Source of the DNA: Candidatus Omnitrophota bacterium
Lineage (GTDB): Bacteria; Omnitrophota; Gorgyraeia; Gygaellales; Profunditerraquicolaceae
Direction of reading: 5' to 3'
Assembly: GCA_043808425.1 (NCBI GenBank)
Contig: JAZDEW010000072.1
Span: forward strand, 1-61,721
Length of the DNA: 61,721 nt
Shown here: piece after piece, positions 7,511 to 17,900 of the stretch
Layout of the letters: every line of letters begins with the position of its first letter
How positions within the stretch are numbered: the stretch's first letter is position 1
Translations under genes and position numbers: made by a program
The notes under the pieces: generated by a model
Databases searched by the model: none
What the model saw: only the letters and a program-made list of their open reading frames with translations
Told to the model about the DNA's origin: nothing

Positions 7511-8003
7511 TTTTGCCCAAAGCCACCCAGGCGTCTATCGCTTTACGCTCAAATTTCCAATCATTATTTTCTTTACTCGCCGGGACTTTCCCCGAATTAG
7601 CCCATTCCACAATCGAGCTTAATTCTACTTCCAAATATTTGGCCAGCTGCTCAGAATTAAGAAAATCATGCAACATAGAGCATTGTCCCTGGAAAACCGC
7701 GCCTTCAGCAATATTAAGTTTTGCCGGATAGATATGGCCTTCAACTATCGCCTGCGGAAGAAGAGTAAGCGTTTCTTTGGCAATAATCTTGCCCTTGACC
7801 CGGCCGCCGATAATAATATTATCTCCGATAATATCCGCGTTAATTACGGCTGAGCTGCCAATAGTTAAATTCCCACGGGTATCCAAATTGCCTTCAAATT
7901 TCCCATTAATCCTCAAATTAACCGGATCTTTAAAACTTAAAGTTCCTTGCATTGCCGCGTCGACATCCAACGTTTTTTCTTCAATACGCTTTTTAAAGGC
8001 CAT
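7500..8003 (-). CDS. bactofilin (DUF583) fused to a C-terminal excisionase-type HTH domain
   Basis: Residues about 20-110 show the bactofilin beta-helix repeat pattern (GNLTIGSSAVINADIIGDNIIIGGRVKGKIIAKETLTLLPQAIVEGHIYPAKLNIAEGAVFQGQCSM). The last roughly 55 aa resemble HTH_17 (LNSEQLAKYLEVELSSIVEWANSGKVPASKENNDWKFERKAIDAWV). Confidence 0.7.
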   Translation of the reverse strand: MAFKKRIEEKTLDVDAAMQGTLSFKDPVNLRINGKFEGNLDTRGNLTIGSSAVINADIIGDNIIIGGRVKGKIIAKETLTLLPQAIVEGHIYPAKLNIAEGAVFQGQCSMLHDFLNSEQLAKYLEVELSSIVEWANSGKVPASKENNDWKFERKAIDAWVALGKIGK

Positions 8004-8439
8004 GCTTACCCCCCTTTGAAAACGGTACTTCTACATAACGTAAAAAATGCAAAACAATTAAAACCAAAGCGGTAGTATAAATGGCCACCCTATTAAAACC
8101 CACTCCCACCGCTAAACCAATCCCTGCCACCACCCAGAGGCTAGCCGCCGTAGTTAACCCCCTAACTCCATCCGATTCCCGGATTATCGTGCCTGCACCT
8201 AAAAAACCAATACCGGTGACTACTCCGGCAGCGATACGCACGGGATCTAAGGCTGTCTGCTCTTTATATATATCAAAAACATATAAAGATGTCAACATGA
8301 TAAGACAGCTACCCAAAGCAACTAATATGTGAGTGCGCAGGCCGGCATCCCTGCGATGCACCTGTCTTTCCAGGCCAATTAAACCGCTTAAAACCAAAGT
8401 TAATAATAAGCGTATAATCATTTCTAAATCCGTAGGCAT
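7993..8439 (-). CDS. mgtC: MgtC/SapB family membrane protein
   Basis: GLIGLERQVHRRDAGLRTHILVALGSCLIM and GIGFLGAGTI are signature MgtC motifs, with 4-5 TM helices. Confidence 0.8.
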   Translation of the reverse strand: MPTDLEMIIRLLLTLVLSGLIGLERQVHRRDAGLRTHILVALGSCLIMLTSLYVFDIYKEQTALDPVRIAAGVVTGIGFLGAGTIIRESDGVRGLTTAASLWVVAGIGLAVGVGFNRVAIYTTALVLIVLHFLRYVEVPFSKGGKHGL

Positions 8440-8460
8440 ATCCTCTCCTTTTTTGAATCA

Positions 8461-8504
8461 GGGACCGTTTCTATTTTTCTTTTTAGAAAAATAGAAACGG
8501 TTCC
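8461..8504. repeat. palindromic hairpin of the GGGACCGTTTCTATTTTT family
   Basis: GGGACCGTTTCTATTTTT-CTTTTTAG-AAAAATAGAAACGGTTCC abuts the tsaD stop codon. The same arm sequence recurs three times at 18194-18274. Confidence 0.85.
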
Positions 8505-9472
8505 TAGTTTTTAAAATCACTTCTTGCGCCGCGCTTATAAAGATAACCGCCCAAACCGGCAATCATCGCCGCGTTATCCATACAGAGATTTGCCTGAGGA
8601 AAAAAACAGTTAATTCCCGCAATTTTAGCGCTCGCCATGAATTTTTGACGCAAACAGCCGTTGACCGCCACCCCTCCGCCAATTAAAAGATTCGTAGTTT
8701 TTTTTTGCTTACAAGCCAGTAATGATTTTTTTACTAAAACATTGATAGCGCTCTCTTGAAAAGAAGCGGCTAGATCTTTACGCAACTTAAGGCTGGGTTT
8801 TCTATTTCTAAAATAATATAAAACTGCGGTTTTAATACCACTAAAACTAAAATCAAGATTAGTATTCATTCCCCAGCAAGCAAATTTAATTTTATGTTTA
8901 TTCGCGCCTTTGGCAATTTTTTCAATTAATGGCCCCCCAGGATAGCCCATCCCCATAATCTTAGCTACTTTATCAAAAGCCTCCCCGCAGGCGTCATCCC
9001 GGGTCTGCCCCAATATTTTAATTTTAGAAAAATCTTTTACATAAAATAAAGAGGTATGCCCTCCGGAAACAACTAAAGCTACCGCCGGCATTTTGATCTG
9101 AGCGTGGCTCAAGAAGTTGGCATAAACATGGCTGTAAATATGATTGACACCCAAAATCGGCTTACCTAAGCTAAGCCCCAGAGCTTTGGCAAATGCGGTA
9201 CCCACCATTAGAGACCCCGGTAAACCCGGATGAGTAGTAACCGCAACCAAATCGATCTGCTCTGGCCTGATCTTAGCGATTTTCAAGGCCTGAGTAAATA
9301 TCCTAGCGATACTCTCCAGCTGCATGCGTGAGGCAATCTCGGGAACCACCCCGCCATGGCGGCTATGAAATTTTAGGCTGGAGGCCACAACATTAGCTAA
9401 AATTTTTTTCTCATCCTTAATAATCGCCACGCCGGTTTCATCACATGAACTCTCAACCCCCAAAACAATCAT
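8504..9472 (-). CDS. tsaD: tRNA N6-adenosine threonylcarbamoyltransferase
   Basis: Kae1/Gcp motifs are present: LGVESSCDETGVAI, HSRHGGVVPE, SGGHT, DACGEAFDK. The start was set to the ATG at 9472 (MIVLGVE), which is preceded by AAGGGAG. The ORF track begins at a TTG at 9499. Confidence 0.9.
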   Translation of the reverse strand: MIVLGVESSCDETGVAIIKDEKKILANVVASSLKFHSRHGGVVPEIASRMQLESIARIFTQALKIAKIRPEQIDLVAVTTHPGLPGSLMVGTAFAKALGLSLGKPILGVNHIYSHVYANFLSHAQIKMPAVALVVSGGHTSLFYVKDFSKIKILGQTRDDACGEAFDKVAKIMGMGYPGGPLIEKIAKGANKHKIKFACWGMNTNLDFSFSGIKTAVLYYFRNRKPSLKLRKDLAASFQESAINVLVKKSLLACKQKKTTNLLIGGGVAVNGCLRQKFMASAKIAGINCFFPQANLCMDNAAMIAGLGGYLYKRGARSDFKN

Positions 9473-9558
9473 CGCTAAACTCCCTTGGATCGCTGACAAT
9501 GACCCTGAGCAAAACCTGAGGACTTAATTTTATAAAACAAGAAATTTACGTCGAAGAA

Positions 9559-10350
9559 TCATCGCGCCACCTGTGAAAGAAAAACAAATTCATAACCTTC
9601 TGCTTCCAGTGGCCCGAGCATTTCCTTTAAAACCAACAGGGTATTTTTTCGGTCATGGCCAATACCAATAGCCGTGCCTTGACTTCTGGCTAAATTTTTT
9701 AATTTAATCAACTGTGATTTAATATATCCGGGGTCATCCTGATTATCCAAAAACACATCCCTTTTAGCAAATCTAATTTTAATTTTCTCAGCCAGGGCAG
9801 GGCAAACGGATTGATTAGTAACAAAACTATCGAAAAAATATAAATTTCGCTTTTTTGCTTGAGCCATTACCAATGTGCTGGCTTTTATATTTTCAGTAAT
9901 ACGCGAACCCATGTGATTTGACACACCCTTAGCAAAAGTAACGCTCAATAAATCTTTCGTAAAAATTTTCTCGATTGTCTTAGCGTCCATCCCTAAGAGA
10001 ATCGTATTCTTTTCTAAATTATACTTTTCTTTTGGCTCCATCGGTAAATGTAAAATTATTTCAAAACCTAAATTATTTAATTTTTGCATCACTGGTTTTG
10101 AATTTCTTAATCCGGGTAAAATCGCGCAAGTTAATGGCTGTTTAATTTGCTCAACCAGCAAAAGATTATTTAAACTATACCCCCAATCGTCAATGACAAT
10201 AGCAATCCGTCCGGCCAGCAGAGGCGTTTTCCTAACCGGCCCTTTCCTCGGCATCACAGACACAATGAGCGCAATAAATACCAGCAAAAATAAAATAATC
10301 CCCAGAACCATAAAAATCTTGTTTTTCATTATTCCAGGATATTTACGCAT
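9559..10350 (-). CDS. divergent polysaccharide deacetylase family protein (YibQ-like)
   Basis: It has an N-terminal TM helix, then IAIVIDDWGY, LPMEP and NHMGS motifs typical of the YibQ/DUF610 family. Confidence 0.7.
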   Translation of the reverse strand: MRKYPGIMKNKIFMVLGIILFLLVFIALIVSVMPRKGPVRKTPLLAGRIAIVIDDWGYSLNNLLLVEQIKQPLTCAILPGLRNSKPVMQKLNNLGFEIILHLPMEPKEKYNLEKNTILLGMDAKTIEKIFTKDLLSVTFAKGVSNHMGSRITENIKASTLVMAQAKKRNLYFFDSFVTNQSVCPALAEKIKIRFAKRDVFLDNQDDPGYIKSQLIKLKNLARSQGTAIGIGHDRKNTLLVLKEMLGPLEAEGYEFVFLSQVAR

Positions 10351-10358
10351 AACTTAAA

Positions 10359-11666
10359 TTATTTAACTTGCTTAAAAATCTGAATGGCGATTAAAGTATC
10401 CACCGCGCGCATAATCTGCGTATCGGCTTTATAATCAAAAACTTCTTTAGCCGCTTTATCTGTCTTCTGGTTATCCTGAACCTGCTCAAAGATCTCATCT
10501 AACTTCTTAACCTGCGCTTCATCGGCTTTAACGTCTGGAGCCATTAACTCATCCACCAAAATATCCGGAGTGATTCCCTTGCCGTGAATTATTTTTCCGG
10601 AAGGAGTAAAATAATGGCTCGTAGTTAAACGTAAGGCTGATCCGTCTCTTAAAGGAACAACTGTTTGCACAGAACCTTTACCAAAAGACTTTTTCCCGAT
10701 AATTATGGCGCGCTTATGATCCTGCAAAGCTCCCGCCACAATTTCGCTTCCGGAAGCCGAACCTTCATTAATCAGAATCGCCAGCGGTAACTCTGAATCC
10801 GCATTTTTAGACTCAGAGAAAAATTCCAGATCCCGGTCCTCTTGCCCGCCCCGTGGATGCACAGAATCTTTACGGGGCCTGCCTTTAGTATAAGCAATCA
10901 ACTTATTTGAACCCAAAAATTTTCCGGTTACCTTAACCGCAACATCTAGAAGCCCGCCGGGATTATTACGCAAATCAATAATCAGCGCCTTCATTCTTTG
11001 TTTACTAAGGAGGCCTAGGGCGTTATTTAATTCCGAAAAGGTATTTTCTCGGAATTCACTAAGCCGGATATAGCCAATTTCCTTTTCCAGAATAAGCGCA
11101 TATTTTATATCCTTAATCTTAATTATACCTCTGGTAATTTTAAAATCTAAAAGTTTATTTTCCGACTCTCTTAAGATGGTAAGGTTAACTATCCCTCCGG
11201 GCTCTCCGCGCATTTTCTTAACCGCCTCGGTTAAGGTTATCTCGCGAGTAAGTGAGTCATTAATTTTTATAATACGGTCGTTAGCTTTTATCCCCGCTTT
11301 CCAGGCAGGAGTATCTTCAATGGGAGTGATCACGGTTAACAAACCATCTTTAATGGTGATCTCAATACCCAAACCTCCGAACTTACCTTGAGTATCTACT
11401 TTTAATTCCTCATAGGCTTGCGGATCCATGAATTGGCTATGCGCGTCCAGTGAAGCTAACATGCCTTTTAATGCCCCATAAATTAAATCCTTAGTCTTAG
11501 TCTGCTCCACATATTCTTTTTGAATAATGGCCAGGGTGTCAGAAAATACCTCAACCTGCTTATACAGCTCGTCTTGACTCCTCTTTTTATTTTCGGAAAA
11601 ACCTGACCGGATACCGATAAATATAAACACTACAAACAAAGAAACACACAATAGCTTTTTAAACAT
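10359..11666 (-). CDS. ctpA: carboxy-terminal processing protease (S41 family) with PDZ domain
   Basis: Contains FGGLGIEI, a PDZ segment (AGIKANDRIIKIND), DLRNNPGGLL, GSASGSEI and SFGKGSVQ. Confidence 0.9.
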   Translation of the reverse strand: MFKKLLCVSLFVVFIFIGIRSGFSENKKRSQDELYKQVEVFSDTLAIIQKEYVEQTKTKDLIYGALKGMLASLDAHSQFMDPQAYEELKVDTQGKFGGLGIEITIKDGLLTVITPIEDTPAWKAGIKANDRIIKINDSLTREITLTEAVKKMRGEPGGIVNLTILRESENKLLDFKITRGIIKIKDIKYALILEKEIGYIRLSEFRENTFSELNNALGLLSKQRMKALIIDLRNNPGGLLDVAVKVTGKFLGSNKLIAYTKGRPRKDSVHPRGGQEDRDLEFFSESKNADSELPLAILINEGSASGSEIVAGALQDHKRAIIIGKKSFGKGSVQTVVPLRDGSALRLTTSHYFTPSGKIIHGKGITPDILVDELMAPDVKADEAQVKKLDEIFEQVQDNQKTDKAAKEVFDYKADTQIMRAVDTLIAIQIFKQVK

Positions 11667-13092
11667 CCGCTAGCCTCCCTCTAATTAATTCTCCGACAAC
11701 CTTAGGATTAGCCTTGCCAGAGCTTTTCTTCATCACCTGGCCGACCAAATACATCAGCGCGTTAGACTTGCCCGCCTTAAAATCACTCACGGATTTTACA
11801 TTTTCCTGAATAACCGCTTCAATCACCTGCAAAAGCGCATCCGCATTAGATATCTGCCGCAAATTACCTTCCTTAATCAAATCTCGCGCAGATTTTCCGG
11901 TATCGATCAACTGGCCTAGCACGCTCTTGGCCGAAAGGTGAGAAATCTCCTGCCTTTGCACAAAGCCAATTAAACTAATCAGCTCATTTTTATCAAGCTT
12001 TAAGGCATGTAATTTTACCTTTCGTAGGTTAGCTTCGGACAACAACGGGCCGATTAACCAATTAACCATTTCCTTTTTATCGGTTCCCGGATAATTCTGA
12101 AGGCAGCTCTCAGCAAACTCCGCGTCTTTTTTAGAACTTACTAAAATTTTCGCATCATATTCAATTAACCCGTATTCTTTAATAAAACGGCGCATTTTTT
12201 CCTGGGGCAGTTCCGGTAATTGCGCCTTTACCTGAGCAATCATAGACCGATCAAGAACAAAAACGGTTAAATCCGGATCCGGAAAATATCGATAATCTTT
12301 GGCCCCCTCCTTAGTGCGCATAACTACCGTTACTCCCTTTTCCACATCCCAAAGCCGGGTTTCTTGAACCAATTCCTGGCTCGCCTCTAAGAGCCGGGTT
12401 TGCCGCTCTACCTCAAAAGTTAAAGCATCTTTTACCCCTTTAAATGAATTCATATTCTTTAGCTCAGCTTTAACACCCAGCTCTTTAGCCCCTTGAAGCC
12501 GCAAAGAAATATTAGCATCACAACGTAGCGAACCTTTTTCCATATCACAATCCGATACATCCAAATATTCAATAATGCACTTTAGGCTCGTTAAATAATC
12601 AAAGGCCTCTTGCGGACTGTTTAAATCCGGCTCACTGACAATTTCCAACAGAGGAATTCCGGTACGATTAAAATCCACTAGGCTCACAGCTGCTTCATGA
12701 ATAAGCTTACCGGCATCCTCCTCTAGATGCACACGAGTAATCCCGATGCGCTTAGGTTTATTTTGAATATAAATATCTAAATACCCGCTGCGCGATAATG
12801 GTAAATCAAATTGTGAAATCTGATAATTTTTTGGTAAATCCGGATAAAAATAATTTTTTCGATCAAACTTAGTATGCTCTTGTATTTGGCAGCCAAAAGC
12901 CAAGGCTAACTTAATTGCGGAATTCAACGCCTCTGCATTATAAACCGGAAGCGTTCCGGGAAACCCCAAACAGACCGGACAAACATTAGAATTAGGAACT
13001 TTCCCAAAATCCGTTGAGCAGCCGCAAAAAGCCTTAGTCTTGGTATTTAGCTGCAGGTGGACTTCCAGGCCAATAACGGTTTGATACTTCAT
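11659..13092 (-). CDS. gatB: Asp/Glu-tRNA amidotransferase subunit B
   Basis: [25 protein letters not shown]..., [15 protein letters not shown], the full-length 477 aa and gatCAB synteny support the call. Confidence 0.95.
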   Translation of the reverse strand: MKYQTVIGLEVHLQLNTKTKAFCGCSTDFGKVPNSNVCPVCLGFPGTLPVYNAEALNSAIKLALAFGCQIQEHTKFDRKNYFYPDLPKNYQISQFDLPLSRSGYLDIYIQNKPKRIGITRVHLEEDAGKLIHEAAVSLVDFNRTGIPLLEIVSEPDLNSPQEAFDYLTSLKCIIEYLDVSDCDMEKGSLRCDANISLRLQGAKELGVKAELKNMNSFKGVKDALTFEVERQTRLLEASQELVQETRLWDVEKGVTVVMRTKEGAKDYRYFPDPDLTVFVLDRSMIAQVKAQLPELPQEKMRRFIKEYGLIEYDAKILVSSKKDAEFAESCLQNYPGTDKKEMVNWLIGPLLSEANLRKVKLHALKLDKNELISLIGFVQRQEISHLSAKSVLGQLIDTGKSARDLIKEGNLRQISNADALLQVIEAVIQENVKSVSDFKAGKSNALMYLVGQVMKKSSGKANPKVVGELIRGRLADV

Positions 13093-14522
13093 AGCTTAGG
13101 TTTCATTTTATGCCAATCCGTATTCTGTTCAAAGGCATGCGCTACTCTAAAAAGCATCTCTTCATTAAAGGGTTTAGCCATAATCTGCAGGCCAACCGGC
13201 AATCCTTTTTTGGTAAAACCACAGGGAATGGAAATCGCCGGAATTCCGGCTAAATTTACGGATATCGTATAAATATCGGAAAGATACATCTTCAAAGGGT
13301 CCTGGGCCCTCTCGCCAATTTTAAAAGCACTCGTGGGGGAGGTGGGAGCAACCATACAATCAAAATCACCAAAAACTTTATCAAAATCCTGCTTAATCAA
13401 CGTGCGCACCTTCAAGGCGCGTAAATAATACGCGTCATAATAACCATGCGACAAAACAAAAGTTCCTAAGATAATTCTACGCTTAGCCTCTGGGCCAAAT
13501 CCTTGCGCGCGAGTCAATTTATACATTTGCATTAAATCAATTGAATCTGCCCGATATCCATATTGCACCCCATCAAACCTAGCTAAATTTGAGCTAGCTT
13601 CGGCCGTAGCAATAATATAATAAACCGGCACAGCATACTCGGTATGAGGCAAGGATACCTGCTGAGTAACCGCGCCCAAATTCTTAAGCCTGTTTACCGC
13701 TTCTTCAATAATCGCTTTAACTTCCGTATCCATCCCGGCAATAAAATATTCTTTAGGTATACCGATTTTTAAACCTTTGATATCACCAGAAAGGCTTTTG
13801 GTATAATCCGGAACCTCCTGATTAACCGAAGTCGAATCACGCGGATCATACCCGCAGATAAGCCCAGCTAAAATTGCCGCGTCTTGAACATCTTTAGTAA
13901 TCGGTCCAATCTGATCTAAGCTCGAGGCAAAAGCAATTAACCCAAAGCGCGAAACACGCCCATAAGTTGGCTTTAACCCGACCACCCCGCAAAAAGATGC
14001 TGGCTGACGGATTGAACCGCCAGTATCGCTTCCTAAGGCCCAGATCGCTTCATCGCTAGCTACGGCCGCGGCTGATCCACCAGAAGAGCCTCCGGGAACA
14101 CAATCTAAATTCCAAGGGTTACGCGTTGGCCCAAAATAAGAATTTTCCGTAGATGAACCAAAAGCAAACTCGTCCATATTAGCTTTTAAAGGAAAAATTG
14201 TAGCGCCGTTTTCTTTTAATTTATTAATTACTGTGGCGTCGTACGGGGGAAGAAAACCCTGTAAAATTTTTGAGCAACATTCAGTAGGTAAACCTTCGGT
14301 ACAGATATTATCTTTGATCGTAACCGGTAATCCTTTGAGCAAACCTAAACAACCAAAATTCGGAGCAATGATTTCTGGCGGCTGATTTCGCGCATAAGCC
14401 TTAACCTTGGGCTCAACCTTTTGTATACGCGCGATAAGCGAATCCAAAATAGCCCTGGGCGTTGTCTGCTGAGCTTTAAGCTTCTCCAATAATTCGTGAG
14501 CGGTAAGTTGATTTAATTCCAT
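13089..14522 (-). CDS. gatA: Glu-tRNA(Gln) amidotransferase subunit A
   Basis: Carries the amidase signature [12 protein letters not shown] and [28 protein letters not shown]. Confidence 0.95.
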   Translation of the reverse strand: MELNQLTAHELLEKLKAQQTTPRAILDSLIARIQKVEPKVKAYARNQPPEIIAPNFGCLGLLKGLPVTIKDNICTEGLPTECCSKILQGFLPPYDATVINKLKENGATIFPLKANMDEFAFGSSTENSYFGPTRNPWNLDCVPGGSSGGSAAAVASDEAIWALGSDTGGSIRQPASFCGVVGLKPTYGRVSRFGLIAFASSLDQIGPITKDVQDAAILAGLICGYDPRDSTSVNQEVPDYTKSLSGDIKGLKIGIPKEYFIAGMDTEVKAIIEEAVNRLKNLGAVTQQVSLPHTEYAVPVYYIIATAEASSNLARFDGVQYGYRADSIDLMQMYKLTRAQGFGPEAKRRIILGTFVLSHGYYDAYYLRALKVRTLIKQDFDKVFGDFDCMVAPTSPTSAFKIGERAQDPLKMYLSDIYTISVNLAGIPAISIPCGFTKKGLPVGLQIMAKPFNEEMLFRVAHAFEQNTDWHKMKPKL

Positions 14523-14524
14523 AA

Positions 14525-14812
14525 TTATTCTATTATTTTTGGGACACTGAAGAAATTTCCCTTTTTGCTCGGAGCATTTTCCAAAACCTTTTCCACTGGC
14601 AAAGAAACATGTAGCCGGTCCTCGCGCAACACATTACAAAGAGGCAAAATATGGCTAGCGGGCTTAACTTGCTCTACGTTTAAATACTTAAGCTGATCAA
14701 TAAAACCCAATATTTCATGCAGCTCTCCGGACAGCTTTTCTAACTCATTAGGCTGCAACTCGATACGCGCTAAATGCGCAACGTGCTTAATTGCTTCTTT
14801 ATCTATCGGCAT
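14525..14812 (-). CDS. gatC: Asp/Glu-tRNA amidotransferase subunit C
   Basis: It is 95 aa, with [10 protein letters not shown]...E and REDR motifs, and sits directly upstream of gatA. Confidence 0.9.
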   Translation of the reverse strand: MPIDKEAIKHVAHLARIELQPNELEKLSGELHEILGFIDQLKYLNVEQVKPASHILPLCNVLREDRLHVSLPVEKVLENAPSKKGNFFSVPKIIE

Positions 14813-14870
14813 CTGACCTCCATATTGCTTTATATTTTAACACCCTTTTATTAAAAGTCAACATCTGGAG

Positions 14871-14898
14871 TTGACAAATTCGTAAAAACGTGTAGAAT
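14871..14898 (+). promoter_or_regulatory. sigma-70-type promoter for the 1085-aa plus-strand gene
   Basis: TTGACA (14871-14876), a 16-nt spacer and TAGAAT (14893-14898) sit 22 nt upstream of the ATG at 14921. A 6-bp inverted repeat, GTCAAC-N7-GTTGAC (14857-14875), overlaps the -35 element and could be an operator. Confidence 0.5.
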
Positions 14899-14920
14899 AC
14901 TCATATCTATTTTAAATCAA

Positions 14921-17900
14921 ATGAAAATAAAATCTAGCCCATTAAAAACCAAATATTATTTAAATAAACAGGGCGAATTTGTAATTGAAAATTACAATTA
15001 CGCTAAGCCTTTTGCTAATTTCTTTCCCGGAATTGCTGGTAAATACGGAATCCCCATGTGGGTTTTCTATGTTAATCGCGGCCAATGCATTTGCAGTTTT
15101 GGCACTAAAGATAAAGACCATTCCATTTTAGAGTTTTTTCCGGCGAATAAAGCCTGGCAGTTTGTCAGCAATCATGGATTTCGTACTTTCATAAAAATAC
15201 AATCTAATAATGAACCCATTTATTACGAACCATTTCATGATGGTTACTCTAACCTAAAATACCACATTGTTAACTCTATGCGCATAAGCTCTAGCGCGCT
15301 CATTCTAGAAGAACAAAATCATACCTTAGGGCTCAAAACGAAAGTTGAATATTTTAATATCCCCAATGATACCTATGCCGGCCTGAGCCGTACGGTGAGC
15401 ATCGAAAACACCGGCAACAAACTTAAAACTTTACAAGTTATAGACGGGCTCCCGCAAATTGTCCCTTTTGGCACGCATAATTTTTTCCTAAAAAAACTCG
15501 GCCGCACTATTGAAGCCTGGATGTGCATTGATAACCTGAATAATAATATCCCCTTCTACAGGCTAAAAGTTGACCCAACCGACCGGCCGGAAGTTGTGCA
15601 CATTGATGCGGGTAATTTTTATTTAAGTTTTCATTTTAAGGATACAACCGCAAAGCTCATTCGTCCGATTGTAGATCCCCAGGTTATTTTTGGCGCGGTA
15701 ACGGATTTTTCTTATCCCGCTCTATTCCTGGCCAAGCGTAATTTTAATTATCCGGCAAAACAGATAACCAGGAGTAAAACCCCTAGCGCCTTATGGCTAT
15801 TGGATTTAAAATTAGCTGCGCGGACATGCCAAACTTTTTATTCAATAATCGGTCAAGCCCGAAATAGTCAAACCCTAAATCAATCGGTCAAAAAAATTAC
15901 CACGCTCGGATACATAGAAAAAAAATCTGCTGAAAACAACGCGCTTATCGCTAAACTTAAAAATGATATTACTACCATAAGCAGTTCCAAAGCATTAGAC
16001 CTCTATGCTGGCCAGACTTATTTAGATAATATTATGCGCGGCGGCTATCCGGAGATTTTTTCCCAGCCGGCTTCTAAACCTTCCGGCCAGATTTCGTCGG
16101 AGCCAGAAAATACCGAATCTAAGAAAACCATTTTCTACCTTTATTCGCGCAAGCACGGTGATCTAGAAAGAGATTATAATAAATTTACATTGCAACCGAC
16201 ATATTTCTCTCAAGGCAACGGCAACTACAGAGACATAAACCAAAATCGACGTAACGATGTTTGGTTCCATCCGGAAATCAAAGATGAGAATATAATTTTC
16301 TTTATGAACTTAATCCAGGCGGATGGTTTTAATCCTCTGGTGGTAAAACCGGAAAGCTTTCTGGCCAAAGATAACCTAGATTTACAAAAATTATTGGAAA
16401 CGGTAGTTAAAAAAGATGCCCTTGATAAGCTTGTGACTTTTCTAAAAAAACCCTTTAGCCCCGGAGAACTTATCTTTTTTATCGAAGAAAATAAAATTAC
16501 GATTACAGGCTCCTATGAGGAATTCTTAGGGCTAGTTCTTAACTACGCAGTAAAATCACAAGAGGCCGAACATGCCGAAGGATTCTGGACTGACCATTGG
16601 ACTTATAACCTGGATTTAATCGATAGTTATCTGGGCCTCTATCCGGAAAAAGCTAATGAGCTTTTTTTTGGCAAAAAGGTTTTTTCATTTTTTGACAACG
16701 CCGAAATAGTCAGGCCACGCAGTGAAAAATATATCTTATATAACGGCCAAGCGCGCCAACTGCATTCCCTTTCGCTAGATAGCCATAAAAAAGAAATGCT
16801 GCACAAGCGCCTGGCTGATGCGCATCTTTTAAGAACGCTCCACGGAGAAGGCCAAGTTTATTACACTACGCTAGCGGCTAAACTTTTATGTTTGGCAGCC
16901 AATAAGCTCGCCTCTCTGGATGCCGCCGGTACGGGTATTGAAATGGAAGCTAATAAACCTAACTGGTTTGATTCACTTAACGGCCTGCCTGCCCTTTTTG
17001 GCTCATCAACCTGTGAAACCTTTGAACTAAAACGCCTGCTTAAGAAGCTAAAACAAGCCTTAGCAGATTCTCCGGATAAAGAGATTGAACTTGCCGCAGA
17101 AATAGCGGAGTTTATCGAACAACTCTGCGCCATATTTGCCGAGGACGTATTTTCTTATTGGGACAAAAGCAATACCATAAAAGAAAATTACCGCCGCAAT
17201 ATTCGCCTGGGTTTTTCCGGTACTCTGATTAATTTTCCAGTTGACCGGCTGATGGGTTTTCTAGACGCCGCCTTGGAAAAAGTCAACTCCGGATTAAACC
17301 AAGCTTTTAACAAAGCTCAGGGTGTCTACAACTCATACTTTATTAATGAAGTTACAGAATATGACCTGATAAATGAACATTATATTAAACCAAAAAAATT
17401 CACCCAAAAACCTATTCCGCTATTTTTAGAAGGGCAGATGCATGGACTAAGGTTGTCCTCGGGATCAAAAGAAGCCAGGCAGCTTTACCGGGCTACCAGA
17501 AAAAGTGAGCTTTTTGACAAAAAACTAAAAATGTATAAAGTGACTGCTCCTCTTAACAACATGCCCGAAGAGATCGGCAGATGCCAGGTATTTACTCCCG
17601 GATGGCTAGAGAATGAATCTATTTGGCTACACATGGAATACAAGTATATTTTAGAATTATTAAAAAATGGTTTAATTGAAGAGTTTTATTCCGAATTTAA
17701 AAACGTACTTATTCCTTTTCAGAACCCCCAAAGATACGGACGCAGCATACTAGAAAATTCTTCATTTATAGCCAGCAGTGCTTTTACGGATAAAAATTTA
17801 CAGGGGAATGGTTTTGTCGCCAGGCTCTCTGGATCAACCGCAGAATTCTTACATATCTGGCTAGTAATGAACGTGGGCGTTGACCCGTTTACCTTAGACA

